DNA of 64,000 bases from Parachlamydiales bacterium. Lineage in GTDB: Bacteria > Chlamydiota > Chlamydiia > Chlamydiales > SM23-39. Positions 1 through 10,147 of this stretch are shown here, piece by piece. The position numbers and the translations under genes were made by a program. The first letter of the stretch is position 1. Every line of letters begins with the position of its first letter. Where the stretch lies: positions 128,001 to 192,000 of the forward strand of contig JBNLAH010000003.1 in the NCBI GenBank assembly GCA_050302075.1. Direction: 5' to 3'. A model generated the notes under the pieces. That model was not told the origin of the DNA. It made no database searches and was given only the letters and a program-made list of their open reading frames with translations.

Positions 1-1236
1 GCTTTTTCATACTCAGGACAAAAAATGTCATCCGTCTCTTTAGCAATTATCGAAAAAGATCTATATGATGATGCCGATTTCATAAAGAAGCTAAAAGACG
101 CAGCTCAAAGTTTAACTGTAGGTCCTGCCACAAATTTCTCAACTTACATTGTTCCATTGATTAACACTCCAAATGAAGAGCTAAAAAAGGTTCTTACGAC
201 TTTAGAAAAAAAAGAGACTTGGTTACTAGAGCCTGCTCAAGACTCACAAAACCCCAACCTTTGGAGCCCTGGAATAAAACTCAACGTTGAGCCAAACAAC
301 ATTACATGTTCAAGTGGGCTCTTTGGCCCAATACTCAATCTAGTTAGAGTAAAGAACCTTTCCTCAGCAATTGAAGTAGCAAATTCAACCGAGGGTCTAA
401 TATCAGTACTGCATAGCTTAGACGAAAGAGAACAGTTAGCATGGAGGAATAACATTAAATCCAGCAACTGTTACATCAACCGATCAACTAAAGATATTAT
501 TGTTCAAAGACAGCCACTCGGTGGCATCCCAAAACACTCTTTTGGACCCGGATACAAAGCAGGTGGCCCAAACTATCTATATAACTATGTCAACTTTCAT
601 CAAAACAATTTACCAAAAGAAAAGCATCCAATCAACTCAGCTGTAAACGACCTATCTTCATTTATAGAAAAGTTAGATCTTAATGCAGAAGAACTTGGCA
701 TATGGTATGTGAGCATATCCAATTATGCTTACTGGTGGAAGCGAATGAAACCCGACAAGGATTCAAGTAAATTATTTGGGCAGGACAACTATTTAAAATA
801 CGTTCCTTTGGAGGGCATTGTATTTAGAATAACGCCTGGTATAAATGAATTTGACTTAATGCGAGTACTTGCGGCGGCTCTTACTTGTGAGAGCAAGCTA
901 GAAATTAGTTTTGACAAAGAAGACACACAATTAAAGCATATTAATTTATCAGAACTTAGCTCTGTATTTAAAACAATAAATGAAAAAGAAAATGATTTAG
1001 TAAATCGCATCAAAAGTGAACAAATATTGAGATTAAGAATTTTAGAGAAACCCTCTAAATTAATATGTGAGACAACAGCCAACTCTGGATGTTATATAGC
1101 ACATCAACCAGTTGTCGCAAATGGAAATGTCGAACTTCTGCACTATACAAAAGAGATTACCACCAGCATAAACTATCATAGAAGATATGGCAATCTAGGA
1201 ATTAGAAGCGGAGAGCTCAGAAAGCAGATTCTTTAA
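1..1236 (+). CDS. putA: C-terminal part of a PutA-like protein (P5C/aldehyde dehydrogenase domain), truncated by the window edge; catalytic motifs degenerate
   Basis: Frame is open from base 1 (AFSYSGQKMSS). LWSPGIK, LFGP, YINR, QPLGG, GPGYKAGGPNY and terminal YHRRYGNLG match PutA C-termini. Confidence 0.8.
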   Translation, partial: AFSYSGQKMSSVSLAIIEKDLYDDADFIKKLKDAAQSLTVGPATNFSTYIVPLINTPNEELKKVLTTLEKKETWLLEPAQDSQNPNLWSPGIKLNVEPNNITCSSGLFGPILNLVRVKNLSSAIEVANSTEGLISVLHSLDEREQLAWRNNIKSSNCYINRSTKDIIVQRQPLGGIPKHSFGPGYKAGGPNYLYNYVNFHQNNLPKEKHPINSAVNDLSSFIEKLDLNAEELGIWYVSISNYAYWWKRMKPDKDSSKLFGQDNYLKYVPLEGIVFRITPGINEFDLMRVLAAALTCESKLEISFDKEDTQLKHINLSELSSVFKTINEKENDLVNRIKSEQILRLRILEKPSKLICETTANSGCYIAHQPVVANGNVELLHYTKEITTSINYHRRYGNLGIRSGELRKQIL

Positions 1237-1362
1237 ATCTCTGTTCCAGAATAATCTTATTTTTAGAATCTAGCTATTTTCAGATTATTGATTACTCTGC
1301 TTTATTTTTGTTAGCAGCTTTTGATATAGTTGGCACTTAACTGTTAAATTTTCAAAAAATAT

Positions 1363-3474
1363 ATGAAGAATAATGAAAAGCAACTTGAAGCAATTAAACA
1401 TGTTGAAGGCCCACTTTTAGTTCTAGCTGGAGCAGGATCTGGAAAAACTAGAGTCGTCACACATAGAATCTGCAATTTAATTGACCTTGGAATACTCCCT
1501 TCTGACATCATAGCTGTCACATTTACTAATAAAGCCGCAGATGAAATGCGCTTTCGCATAAAAAAAATGAAAGACGTCTCGGTTCTTGCATGTACTTTTC
1601 ATAGTCTAGGAGCACGGATCTTAAGAGAGTCTATCTCAGCTTTAGGATATACAAGAGAGTTTACTATATACGACGAAGATGACAGCAATAAAGTTCTAAA
1701 AAACTGCCTACAGAGATTGGGCATTAAAGAAGAAAAAGGACTGATCAAAGCTATAAAATCAAGAATCTCAGCTGCTAAAAATGACCTAGTTGGTTTTGAA
1801 TCAATTAAGCCAGTGCATAATGGATCAAAGGCCGATACAATATTCCCAAAAATATTCCCTATATATCAATCGCAATTGAAAGAAAGTAATGCACTTGATT
1901 TTGACGATCTTCTCTACTTAACTGTTAAATTATTACAAGAATACCCAGATGTAAGAAAACTGTACCAAAGCCGGTGGCTATTTATTTTAATCGATGAGTA
2001 TCAAGACACTAACTATGCTCAGTATATGCTCTCTAAAATCCTAGCAGAAAAACATGGAAACATCTTTGCAGTTGGAGATCCAGACCAGTCAATTTACTCT
2101 TGGAGAGGAGCCAGATATCAAAATATCTTGCGTTTTGACAAAGACTTTCCAGGCAGCAAAGTTATCAAACTAGAGGAAAATTATCGTAGCACCCAAAACA
2201 TTTTAAACGCCTCTAATGCACTTATCCAAAACAATAAAGAACGCTATGACAAAAAGTTGTGGAGTAACCTCAGCGAAGGAGAGAAAATAAAAGTCTACTT
2301 TGCTCAAAATGATAGAATGGAAGCTGAATTTGTCTCAAAAAAGATTATCGATTTAAGCGCTGAAAACCAAATATCTTTAAATGATGTTGTGATATTTTAC
2401 CGGACAAACTCCCAATCAAGAGCAATTGAAGATAATCTCTTGTCCAAACAGATCCCATATAAAATTATAGGAGCACTATCTTTCTACCAAAGGAAAGAAA
2501 TTAAAGACATTCTATCTATTCTCAAAATGATCGTTTCTAGCTCTGATATTATAGCATTCTCTAGATCACTTTTACTTACTCCCAAAGGAATTGGACAAGC
2601 AACTATTTCTAAAATCATATTTGAAGCGCAAAAAACTCAGACACCCATTTTACAAATATGTGAAACCATTCTTTCAGATCCAAATATCATCAAACTAAAT
2701 GCCCGACAGAAAAAAGGGCTGGCAGAATACTTAGATTCCATCAAAAAACTTAGATCACACGAAATGACCATCACTGACCTTATTAAAGAGTCTATTGATG
2801 AGTTTGACTATCTTAAAGTTCTGCAAGATGACCCAGATACATTTCAAGACAGAAAACAAAACGTAGAAGAATTAATCTCAAAAGCTGCAGAGTGGGAAGC
2901 TGAAAATGATCAATCTTCTTTACATATTTTTTTAGAAGATCTGACTCTTTTCAGCAGCAAAGAAGGTCCAGAAGAAAATGAATCAGTAAAGCTAATGACC
3001 GTTCATAACGGAAAAGGCCTAGAGTTTGATGTTGTTTTCATTGTTGGGCTAGAAGAAGATCTTTTTCCACATGCCAATTCAAGGGATTTCCCAGAAGCCC
3101 TTGAAGAAGAAAGAAGACTTGCATATGTTGCAATGACAAGAGCAAAAAAAGTGCTATTTCTTTGCGGCGCTCTCTATCGCTATATATGGGGATCTCCACG
3201 TGCCATGCACCCTTCAAGGTTTTTAAAAGAAATCCCAACCAAATACCTAGAAAACTTAACTCCGGTTTCTTTTGAAGAACCTCAAGTATTTCATGAATCA
3301 ACAAAAAGTGAATTTTCTAGAGGCGATTTGGTTTTTCATAAGGAATTCGGGAGAGGTCAAGTTCAAAAAATTTATGAGACATCATATGGAGTTACCTATG
3401 ATATCTTCTTTGAAGAAATCCACGGGACTAGGTCAATGGTCGCAAAATTTGCGAAACTCCAAAGATCGAGCTAG
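1363..3474 (+). CDS. uvrD: ATP-dependent DNA helicase UvrD/PcrA
   Basis: AGAGSGKT, TFTNKAA, DEYQD, VGDPDQSIYSWRGA, NYRS and EEERRLAYVAMTRA motifs. Confidence 0.96.
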   Translation: MKNNEKQLEAIKHVEGPLLVLAGAGSGKTRVVTHRICNLIDLGILPSDIIAVTFTNKAADEMRFRIKKMKDVSVLACTFHSLGARILRESISALGYTREFTIYDEDDSNKVLKNCLQRLGIKEEKGLIKAIKSRISAAKNDLVGFESIKPVHNGSKADTIFPKIFPIYQSQLKESNALDFDDLLYLTVKLLQEYPDVRKLYQSRWLFILIDEYQDTNYAQYMLSKILAEKHGNIFAVGDPDQSIYSWRGARYQNILRFDKDFPGSKVIKLEENYRSTQNILNASNALIQNNKERYDKKLWSNLSEGEKIKVYFAQNDRMEAEFVSKKIIDLSAENQISLNDVVIFYRTNSQSRAIEDNLLSKQIPYKIIGALSFYQRKEIKDILSILKMIVSSSDIIAFSRSLLLTPKGIGQATISKIIFEAQKTQTPILQICETILSDPNIIKLNARQKKGLAEYLDSIKKLRSHEMTITDLIKESIDEFDYLKVLQDDPDTFQDRKQNVEELISKAAEWEAENDQSSLHIFLEDLTLFSSKEGPEENESVKLMTVHNGKGLEFDVVFIVGLEEDLFPHANSRDFPEALEEERRLAYVAMTRAKKVLFLCGALYRYIWGSPRAMHPSRFLKEIPTKYLENLTPVSFEEPQVFHESTKSEFSRGDLVFHKEFGRGQVQKIYETSYGVTYDIFFEEIHGTRSMVAKFAKLQRSS

Positions 3475-4430
3475 TTTGTCTTTTTACAAATACTTTTAAA
3501 GGCCCTAAGCACTCTTTTCACAGTTATAAATGACTTCCATTTTCTATCCCTTAGCCGAAAACCTCTAATGTTGGGAATTAAAGAATAAGGTGAAACTGTC
3601 TTGCTCTCAGCCCAGAAGGGCATCCAGAATCTTGCAACAGATTTTCGCCTAGAAATAATCACCGTAGGCAAGTTCAAAGATGAAGCTAGATGTCCTATGC
3701 CTGAATCATTGCCTATCATATAGCCAGATTCATAAATATAACTAGCTAGAGCATCAAGTGAGTTGAAAGTAGGCATTTCTAAATTATATGGGGCAATGTA
3801 CTCTCGCCAGTCTCCTTCATCCTTTGGGCCGCCTGCAACTATTATCGGATCAAACCCAAGTTTCTTCAAATGTAAAGCGAGCTTTACATATTTATCCCTT
3901 GGCCAATTCTTGCCCTCTCTAGAACTTTTCACATGCAAAACAACTCTTTTAGAATACTTTCTATTCTCCAGTTTTTTGGGAGGATAAAACCCATTTTTCT
4001 TCGATACATTTTCAAGCTTCAAAATGTCCTTACAAAACCTGTCTAGGTTTCTTCCCATTGGTATATTAACATCAAATAGCGAATCAGAATAATAAGGTTC
4101 TTTTACTAAATTTTTAGAGGGGTATGGGTATATGACCTTTATTTTTTGGGGGGATTCCTTTTTACCATAACTAATTAAATCTAAGACAAAATCACTAGAG
4201 AGACTGTGAAAGACCACAATCATATCGTATTTTCCAACAAAGTCTTGAACTTTGTCTGGACTCGGGTACCCGATAACCTGTAGATGAGGAAACCAATTCT
4301 GCAATACTCTAATTCCATCATGATAAGTGTCACACTCCCATCCATTTAAATGAAAATTGTTTGATATCATCAGTGATATGACAGCATCGCCCAGTCCTGA
4401 GTTGCATATTACAGCCGCTTTTTTTCTCAT
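3471..4430 (-). CDS. Glycosyltransferase family 9 (heptosyltransferase-like)
   Basis: N-terminal GLGD, KNWP and IGNDSGIGHLA motifs typical of GT9. Confidence 0.85.
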   Translation of the reverse strand: MRKKAAVICNSGLGDAVISLMISNNFHLNGWECDTYHDGIRVLQNWFPHLQVIGYPSPDKVQDFVGKYDMIVVFHSLSSDFVLDLISYGKKESPQKIKVIYPYPSKNLVKEPYYSDSLFDVNIPMGRNLDRFCKDILKLENVSKKNGFYPPKKLENRKYSKRVVLHVKSSREGKNWPRDKYVKLALHLKKLGFDPIIVAGGPKDEGDWREYIAPYNLEMPTFNSLDALASYIYESGYMIGNDSGIGHLASSLNLPTVIISRRKSVARFWMPFWAESKTVSPYSLIPNIRGFRLRDRKWKSFITVKRVLRAFKSICKKTN

Positions 4431-4501
4431 GATTGATACTAGTTATTTTAGTTGATCTTACAGCATATCAAATTAATAACACACATGCTATATCGAAATA
4501 A

Positions 4502-5695
4502 ATGGGAGAAACTATGAACCGTATGGATCTAGTGCAGGCGCCTGCACATAAATTTTACTTATCACAGTCACTTAAGCAAAATATTCAGATCCTGCAAATG
4601 TCTCAAGAAGAATTAATAGAGCACATTGAAAACGAAGTCGACTTAAATCCATTGCTATTAAAAAAAATGCCCACACTCCAAGGATCTGAATATACCTTTT
4701 CTAAGCCTGTAAGCTTATATGCAGACCTAACCCAACAAGCAAAATGCATACTAAATAAAGAAGAACAAGAAATTGCAGATTACCTCTTTAAAAATCTTTC
4801 AAAAGAGGGCTTTTTGCATAATATAAAAATTACAAATGAAATATTGCCCGTGCTAAAAAAAGTTCAAGAGCTAGATCCACCTGGCATTTGCGCTATGAAC
4901 CTAAAGGATTCACTTTTAATTCAGCTCAGAAGAAGCAACAAAGCTAATAGCTTAGCCTATAATATAATTATGCAGTTCTTCGATGAGTTTATTCAAAAAA
5001 AATGGAAAAAGATTGAAAATTACTTCCAAATTACAGCATCTGAAATATCTGAGATCGTTAAGACAGATTTGTCCAAATTATCTTTAAGGCCAGCGGAATT
5101 ATACTCTCATGAAAGAGCCTTTTACCCATCTCCTGATATGTGTATATACAAAAAAGGAGATACCCTAAAGATAAGATTAAATCAAAGCTCATTCCCAATA
5201 GTTTCTATAAATAAAAATCAGAACTTTAATTCAAACTCTCTAAAAAAGTTCTATGAAAAAAAGGCCCAAATATTTTTTGAAAACCTGTACAAAAGAGATC
5301 AACTTTTAATTAACATCGGTAAATATCTTTTAAAAAAAGAAAAAAAATTCTTCCTTTATAACTCAGAAATAAAATCTCTATCAGTCTCAGATCTTGCAAA
5401 ATTCTGTAATGTGCATGAATCAACAATTCATAGGTGTATTAAAAGTAAATATATCCTTTGTTTTAATAGCATTTTACCACTGAAAATTTTTTTCAAAGGG
5501 AAAAAAGTCTCTGAGACGCACCTACTAACTAGCCTTAAGAAAGTTATCGAAAAAGAAGACAAACATAAGCCTTTTTCAGACATCCAGATTATGCAGGAAT
5601 TAAAAAAGACTAGCATTAACATCTCTAGAAGGACCGTAACAAAATATCGCCAAAAACTTAAAATTCCCCCAGCGAACTTTAGAAAAGAATTCTAG
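4502..5695 (+). CDS. rpoN: RNA polymerase sigma-54 factor
   Basis: Leu/Gln-rich region I, DPPGICA..LKDSLLIQL, HTH HESTIHR and RpoN box SRRTVTKYR. Confidence 0.93.
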   Translation: MGETMNRMDLVQAPAHKFYLSQSLKQNIQILQMSQEELIEHIENEVDLNPLLLKKMPTLQGSEYTFSKPVSLYADLTQQAKCILNKEEQEIADYLFKNLSKEGFLHNIKITNEILPVLKKVQELDPPGICAMNLKDSLLIQLRRSNKANSLAYNIIMQFFDEFIQKKWKKIENYFQITASEISEIVKTDLSKLSLRPAELYSHERAFYPSPDMCIYKKGDTLKIRLNQSSFPIVSINKNQNFNSNSLKKFYEKKAQIFFENLYKRDQLLINIGKYLLKKEKKFFLYNSEIKSLSVSDLAKFCNVHESTIHRCIKSKYILCFNSILPLKIFFKGKKVSETHLLTSLKKVIEKEDKHKPFSDIQIMQELKKTSINISRRTVTKYRQKLKIPPANFRKEF

Positions 5696-5728
5696 AAAAA
5701 CCAGCCTTACTAAAAAAGGGTAATTATC

Positions 5729-6547
5729 TTAGTAGTAAAGACCTTTGTCAAAAAAATTTTTCCGATCTAACTCATTATAGTTATCAATAACATACCTTGG
5801 GAAACTATCATCTATTTCCACAAACTCTAACTTTGATATATGACTGTAGACTTCGTTATTTGAAAAAGACAAAGTGCCAACTGACTCTTTATAATGGGAA
5901 TAAGCTTTCAACTTATCAAAATAGCAATTCATGCCTCCCATATTACTGAAGTGCCAGGCAGAACCTTTTACAGTTATATATTTTGTCCTTTGATCTCTCA
6001 CATTTTGAGGAGACCTTTTAATAAGGTTTTTATACCTTGTAATAGCAGGTCCCACCCAAAAAATACTATCCCTTCTATTTAAAAACCATCTATAGAAGTC
6101 ACACTCAAGTCCTATAATTTGCCTTTCCTTGCTGTCTAACATCACGCTAATTTGCTTCAACATACTTGACCTTGGAATCTCATCTACATCAGATATAATA
6201 ATTATATCTTCTTTTGAGCATTTACTCAGTCCTCGCATAATCTGATTTCTTTGAAAGTATTCCCTCGACCAAGCATCATCTTTGAACTTTGGAGTCTTAT
6301 CAACTACTACATGGATAATTTTATCTAGAAATTTCTGATAAAGATGTTTGTTCTCTTCAAAGAATAACTTTTTTTCTAACCCACTGAAAGTGTCTTTTGC
6401 TTCAACAATTACAAAATAATCAACATGATCATTTAACTCCTCAAGCCGAATCTTTAAAAGATCTAGCTCATTATAAAAGGTGAAACAATCATATGTTTTT
6501 GAAAAAAGGCTACATTGAAAAAAGATAAAAATAGCTAAAATGCGCAT
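5729..6547 (-). CDS. Glycosyltransferase family 17 (MGAT3-like beta-1,4-GlcNAc transferase) with apparent signal peptide
   Basis: YDCFTFYNELDLLKIRLEEL, REYFQRN, ISDVDEIP and WHFS motifs. ATG at 6547 preferred over upstream TTG at 6583. Confidence 0.85.
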   Translation of the reverse strand: MRILAIFIFFQCSLFSKTYDCFTFYNELDLLKIRLEELNDHVDYFVIVEAKDTFSGLEKKLFFEENKHLYQKFLDKIIHVVVDKTPKFKDDAWSREYFQRNQIMRGLSKCSKEDIIIISDVDEIPRSSMLKQISVMLDSKERQIIGLECDFYRWFLNRRDSIFWVGPAITRYKNLIKRSPQNVRDQRTKYITVKGSAWHFSNMGGMNCYFDKLKAYSHYKESVGTLSFSNNEVYSHISKLEFVEIDDSFPRYVIDNYNELDRKNFFDKGLYY

Positions 6548-6609
6548 AAGGTTTCTTTTTTTTGAAAAGAACCTTATGGACAATGAAAATAATTTTCAAA
6601 TTTTTTGTT

Positions 6610-7464
6610 TTAAAAATATGCAGAACCGATCACTTGCCATCTAAGCTCTTCCTGATTTTGTATATACTTCATGATCTCAGTAATCGATGATTTTGCAAAA
6701 AAATATATCTCTTTGTCTGTCAGACGAAACAAAACCGATCTAGCTTTTTGCTTTGAGTCTAAAATTAAAGTTAATTTTTTTAAGGTCTGATTTAACTTAA
6801 GCCTAGTTCTATATAGCCTAAAAAGACAAAACGTCAGCATTGATAAAGAAAGGATATTTGAAAGCTGGATCAATGAAAATAAAAGAGGTGAGCTAAAAAA
6901 AGGTAAAAAAAACTGAAGTGATATGCCAGAACATAAAATTCCCATAAATATGGTTGACTCTAGCTGACTTCTAAATATAGGACCAAAAAGCTTCCTAAAG
7001 TGGCTAGTTGATGTCCAGTAAGCAAATAATTCTTCAGTCTTAGGTTCATTAAACGCCATTCTAGCCGCATGTATTATTTCATGACTTAGAATTTCATCCT
7101 TGTCATATAAAAATAGATACTTACCATTTTTTAAATTTTTTCTGATTTGAATCACAGCCGGCGAATGACCATCATATTCTGCATAAGTGACAGCGCCTTG
7201 CCAAAATTTTAATCCCTTGTTGCTGTAGTAAGCTACTACCCAATCCGGGGCAATGTCAAATAGCTGAGACGCAGTTGATCTGGCCCAATCAAAATCAGAC
7301 CAGCTAAGAATTTTCCCTTCCTTTATCGAAGTTCTATTTTTCTCAATTGACTCAACTCTTTTTTTGAAATCAACTATTGACTCATAAGGTCCGGGTATTA
7401 TTCCTCTTTCATTTAGACTCAAAAGCTCTTCTTTAAAGATCACAATACTATTTTTTTTGAACAT
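6610..7464 (-). CDS. Conserved chlamydial-type membrane protein with HExxH motif
   Basis: LNERGIIPGP, HEIIHAAR and EELFAY motifs, two C-terminal hydrophobic helices, divergent from topA. Confidence 0.7.
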   Translation of the reverse strand: MFKKNSIVIFKEELLSLNERGIIPGPYESIVDFKKRVESIEKNRTSIKEGKILSWSDFDWARSTASQLFDIAPDWVVAYYSNKGLKFWQGAVTYAEYDGHSPAVIQIRKNLKNGKYLFLYDKDEILSHEIIHAARMAFNEPKTEELFAYWTSTSHFRKLFGPIFRSQLESTIFMGILCSGISLQFFLPFFSSPLLFSLIQLSNILSLSMLTFCLFRLYRTRLKLNQTLKKLTLILDSKQKARSVLFRLTDKEIYFFAKSSITEIMKYIQNQEELRWQVIGSAYF

Positions 7465-7644
7465 TAAGAATACTAATTTGAAAGAAAATTATTAAATTTT
7501 TATCTATTTTTTTGTAATCAAAATTGACTAATTTTTCAGTTCTTCTTTACATTGTAAAACTCATTTACTAGTATAAGACCCTTTTAAAAGTAAATTGACT
7601 AAACTAAACAAACCTGATACTTAACAGATAAATACAAAATTATT

Positions 7645-10146
7645 ATGACGAAATCACTGGTAATTGTCGAGTCACCAACTAAAATAAAGACCTTAAAAAA
7701 ATTTTTAGGGAAGGATTTTTCTTTTGAGTCTTCACTAGGTCATATCCGTGACCTTCCTGCAAAAGATTTTGGAATCGACTTAGAACATGACTTTGAACCT
7801 ACTTATGTCACATTATCTGACAAAAAAGAAGTTATCAAAAAATTAAAAACAGCGGCAAAGAAGGTAGATGTTGTTTATCTATCTCCTGACCCCGACCGAG
7901 AGGGAGAAGCAATTGCCTGGCATATCGCCTCTATCCTCCCCAAAGGGACCAACATAAAAAGAATGACTTTCAACTCCATTACAAAAAAAGAAGTGATGGA
8001 AGCTTTAAAAAAAACAAAAGAAATCGATCTTGCATTAGTTAATGCTCAGCAAGCTAGAAGACTTTTAGATAGAATGGTTGGATATAAGATATCTCCAATC
8101 TTAACAAGAAGAGTTAAAAGAGGTAAAAATGGAACCTCAGCTGGAAGAGTCCAATCAGTTGCCCTAAAATTAGTAGTTGACAGAGAGAAAGAGATTGAGG
8201 CCTTTAAACCCATTGAGTACTGGAATATCATTGCAACTTTGACCTTAAATCATAATGGCACCTCATTTGATGCTACTGTAGTGACTGTTGATGGAAAAAA
8301 AGTCGAGAAAGAAGACACAGGCCAAAAAAATATCTTCCTAATCTCCAATGAAAAAATAGCCAACCAAATTTCTAAAAGATTAGAGAACGGCGATTTTGAA
8401 ATTGAAAAAATAGACCGCAAAGAGAAAAAAAGAAACCCCGTACCACCTTTTATCACTTCCACTCTTCAACAAGAAGCTTCTAGACACCACGGATTTGCTG
8501 TTTCAAGAACTATGGGCATAGCACAAAGCCTATATGAAGGTATTGACATGGGAAAAGAAGGGACTGAAGGTTTGATTACATATATGAGAACCGACTCTGT
8601 TCAAGTTGCCATGGAGGCAGTTTACGAAGCTAGAGATTTTGTCGAAAAAACTTATGGAAAAGAATTCTTACCTGAAAAACCAAAGCAATACAGTAGCAAA
8701 AAATCTGCTCAAGAAGCTCATGAAGCCATAAGACCTACAAATATGCAACACCCACCTGAGCTTATTAAAAAGTTTTTAACTGACGATCAGTTCAAACTAT
8801 ACTCTTTAATTTGGAAACGCTTTGTAGCGTCGCAGATGAACCCTGCTGTATATGATACTGTATCTGTTAATATTACATGTGACCACCTAGAGTTAAGAGC
8901 TACCGGGTCAATTTTAAAATTCCAAGGCTTTTTAGCAGCTTACACTGAGAAATTTGATAAAGGCGACTCTGAAAAGCTATTTGATGAAACTCCTCTTCCA
9001 AACATTAAAGAAGGAGATAAACTCTCGCTTGAAGAGATTAAGAAAATTCAATCATTCACAAAACCACCTCCAAGATTTACTGAAGCATCCCTTGTAAAAG
9101 AACTTGAAAAATCAGGGATAGGCAGGCCTTCTACTTATGCGACAATTATGAATAAAATCCAAAGTAGAGAGTATACAACTAAAGAAAATCAAGCGCTTAG
9201 ACCTACTGAATTGGGAAGAGTTATCGAACAAATGCTTGAAGATAACTTTCCAACTATTATGGATGTCGGGTTTACCGCCTCAATGGAAGATGAACTTGAG
9301 AAAATCGCTGAAAATAAAAGTGACTGGAAAGAGCTCTTAAGAAAGTTTTGGGCTGATTTCTATCCAATGGTTGAAAAGGCAGAAAAAGAAGCTGTCGTTC
9401 CAAAAGTGATGACTGATCTTGATTGCCCTAAATGTGGACATAAGCTTCAAAAAATATGGTCTAGAAATAAATATTTTTATGGCTGTAGCAATTATCCCGA
9501 CTGCGATTACACAGCTCCTGTCGAGTCGCTATCCTTCAATAAAGAAGATTATGCAGAAGATTTTGACTGGGATCAAAAATGCCCTATCTGTTCATCTGAA
9601 ATGCAACTTAGACATGGAAAATTTGGCCCATTTTTAGGCTGTACCAAGTACCCAGATTGCTCAGGAATAGTTAATATTCCTAAAAAAGGAGAAAAAGTAG
9701 AAAGCCCAAAAGATATGCCCAGCTGTCCTGCTATAGGATGCGATGGCAAAATAATTTCCAGGAAATCAAGATTTGGGAAAACCTTTTATTCCTGCTCAAA
9801 TTTCCCTGATTGTGACGTTATTGTAAACGACTTGAACGACCTGCCAAAAAAATATAAGGACCACCCTAAAACTGCTTATCAAAAGCCTAAAAAAGGTGCT
9901 AAAAGAGGTGGCATCAATCGAAAACTAACTTTAAGCAAAGAACTATCCGCTGTAGTAAATGAAAAGGAACTGACAAGAGGTGAAGTAATCAAAAAACTTT
10001 GGGTGTACATCAAAGAAAAAAATCTACAAGACCCAGCTAATAAAAGATTGATAGTTCCAGATGAAAAATTAGCTAAGGTATTTGGTTCAAAAGAACCAAT
10101 TGATATGATGAAACTTTCAGGAATCATTAAAAATCACTTAAAATAA
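7645..10146 (+). CDS. topA: DNA topoisomerase I with zinc ribbons and C-terminal SWIB domain
   Basis: IVESPTK, DPDREGEAI, SAGRVQS and ITYMRTDS motifs, three Cys4 ribbons, then SWIB-like LWVYIKEKNLQDPANKRLI. Confidence 0.97.
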   Translation: MTKSLVIVESPTKIKTLKKFLGKDFSFESSLGHIRDLPAKDFGIDLEHDFEPTYVTLSDKKEVIKKLKTAAKKVDVVYLSPDPDREGEAIAWHIASILPKGTNIKRMTFNSITKKEVMEALKKTKEIDLALVNAQQARRLLDRMVGYKISPILTRRVKRGKNGTSAGRVQSVALKLVVDREKEIEAFKPIEYWNIIATLTLNHNGTSFDATVVTVDGKKVEKEDTGQKNIFLISNEKIANQISKRLENGDFEIEKIDRKEKKRNPVPPFITSTLQQEASRHHGFAVSRTMGIAQSLYEGIDMGKEGTEGLITYMRTDSVQVAMEAVYEARDFVEKTYGKEFLPEKPKQYSSKKSAQEAHEAIRPTNMQHPPELIKKFLTDDQFKLYSLIWKRFVASQMNPAVYDTVSVNITCDHLELRATGSILKFQGFLAAYTEKFDKGDSEKLFDETPLPNIKEGDKLSLEEIKKIQSFTKPPPRFTEASLVKELEKSGIGRPSTYATIMNKIQSREYTTKENQALRPTELGRVIEQMLEDNFPTIMDVGFTASMEDELEKIAENKSDWKELLRKFWADFYPMVEKAEKEAVVPKVMTDLDCPKCGHKLQKIWSRNKYFYGCSNYPDCDYTAPVESLSFNKEDYAEDFDWDQKCPICSSEMQLRHGKFGPFLGCTKYPDCSGIVNIPKKGEKVESPKDMPSCPAIGCDGKIISRKSRFGKTFYSCSNFPDCDVIVNDLNDLPKKYKDHPKTAYQKPKKGAKRGGINRKLTLSKELSAVVNEKELTRGEVIKKLWVYIKEKNLQDPANKRLIVPDEKLAKVFGSKEPIDMMKLSGIIKNHLK

Positions 10147-10147
10147 A

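Noticed and set aside
1331..1345. TGGCAC upstream of uvrD as a sigma-54 promoter
   Set aside because: No GC at the -12 position (reads TGTT).
7546..7558. Palindrome TTTACA-T-TGTAAA upstream of topA
   Set aside because: Short, AT-rich, with half-sites in the opposite orientation to the 42.7 kb motif; plausibly chance.
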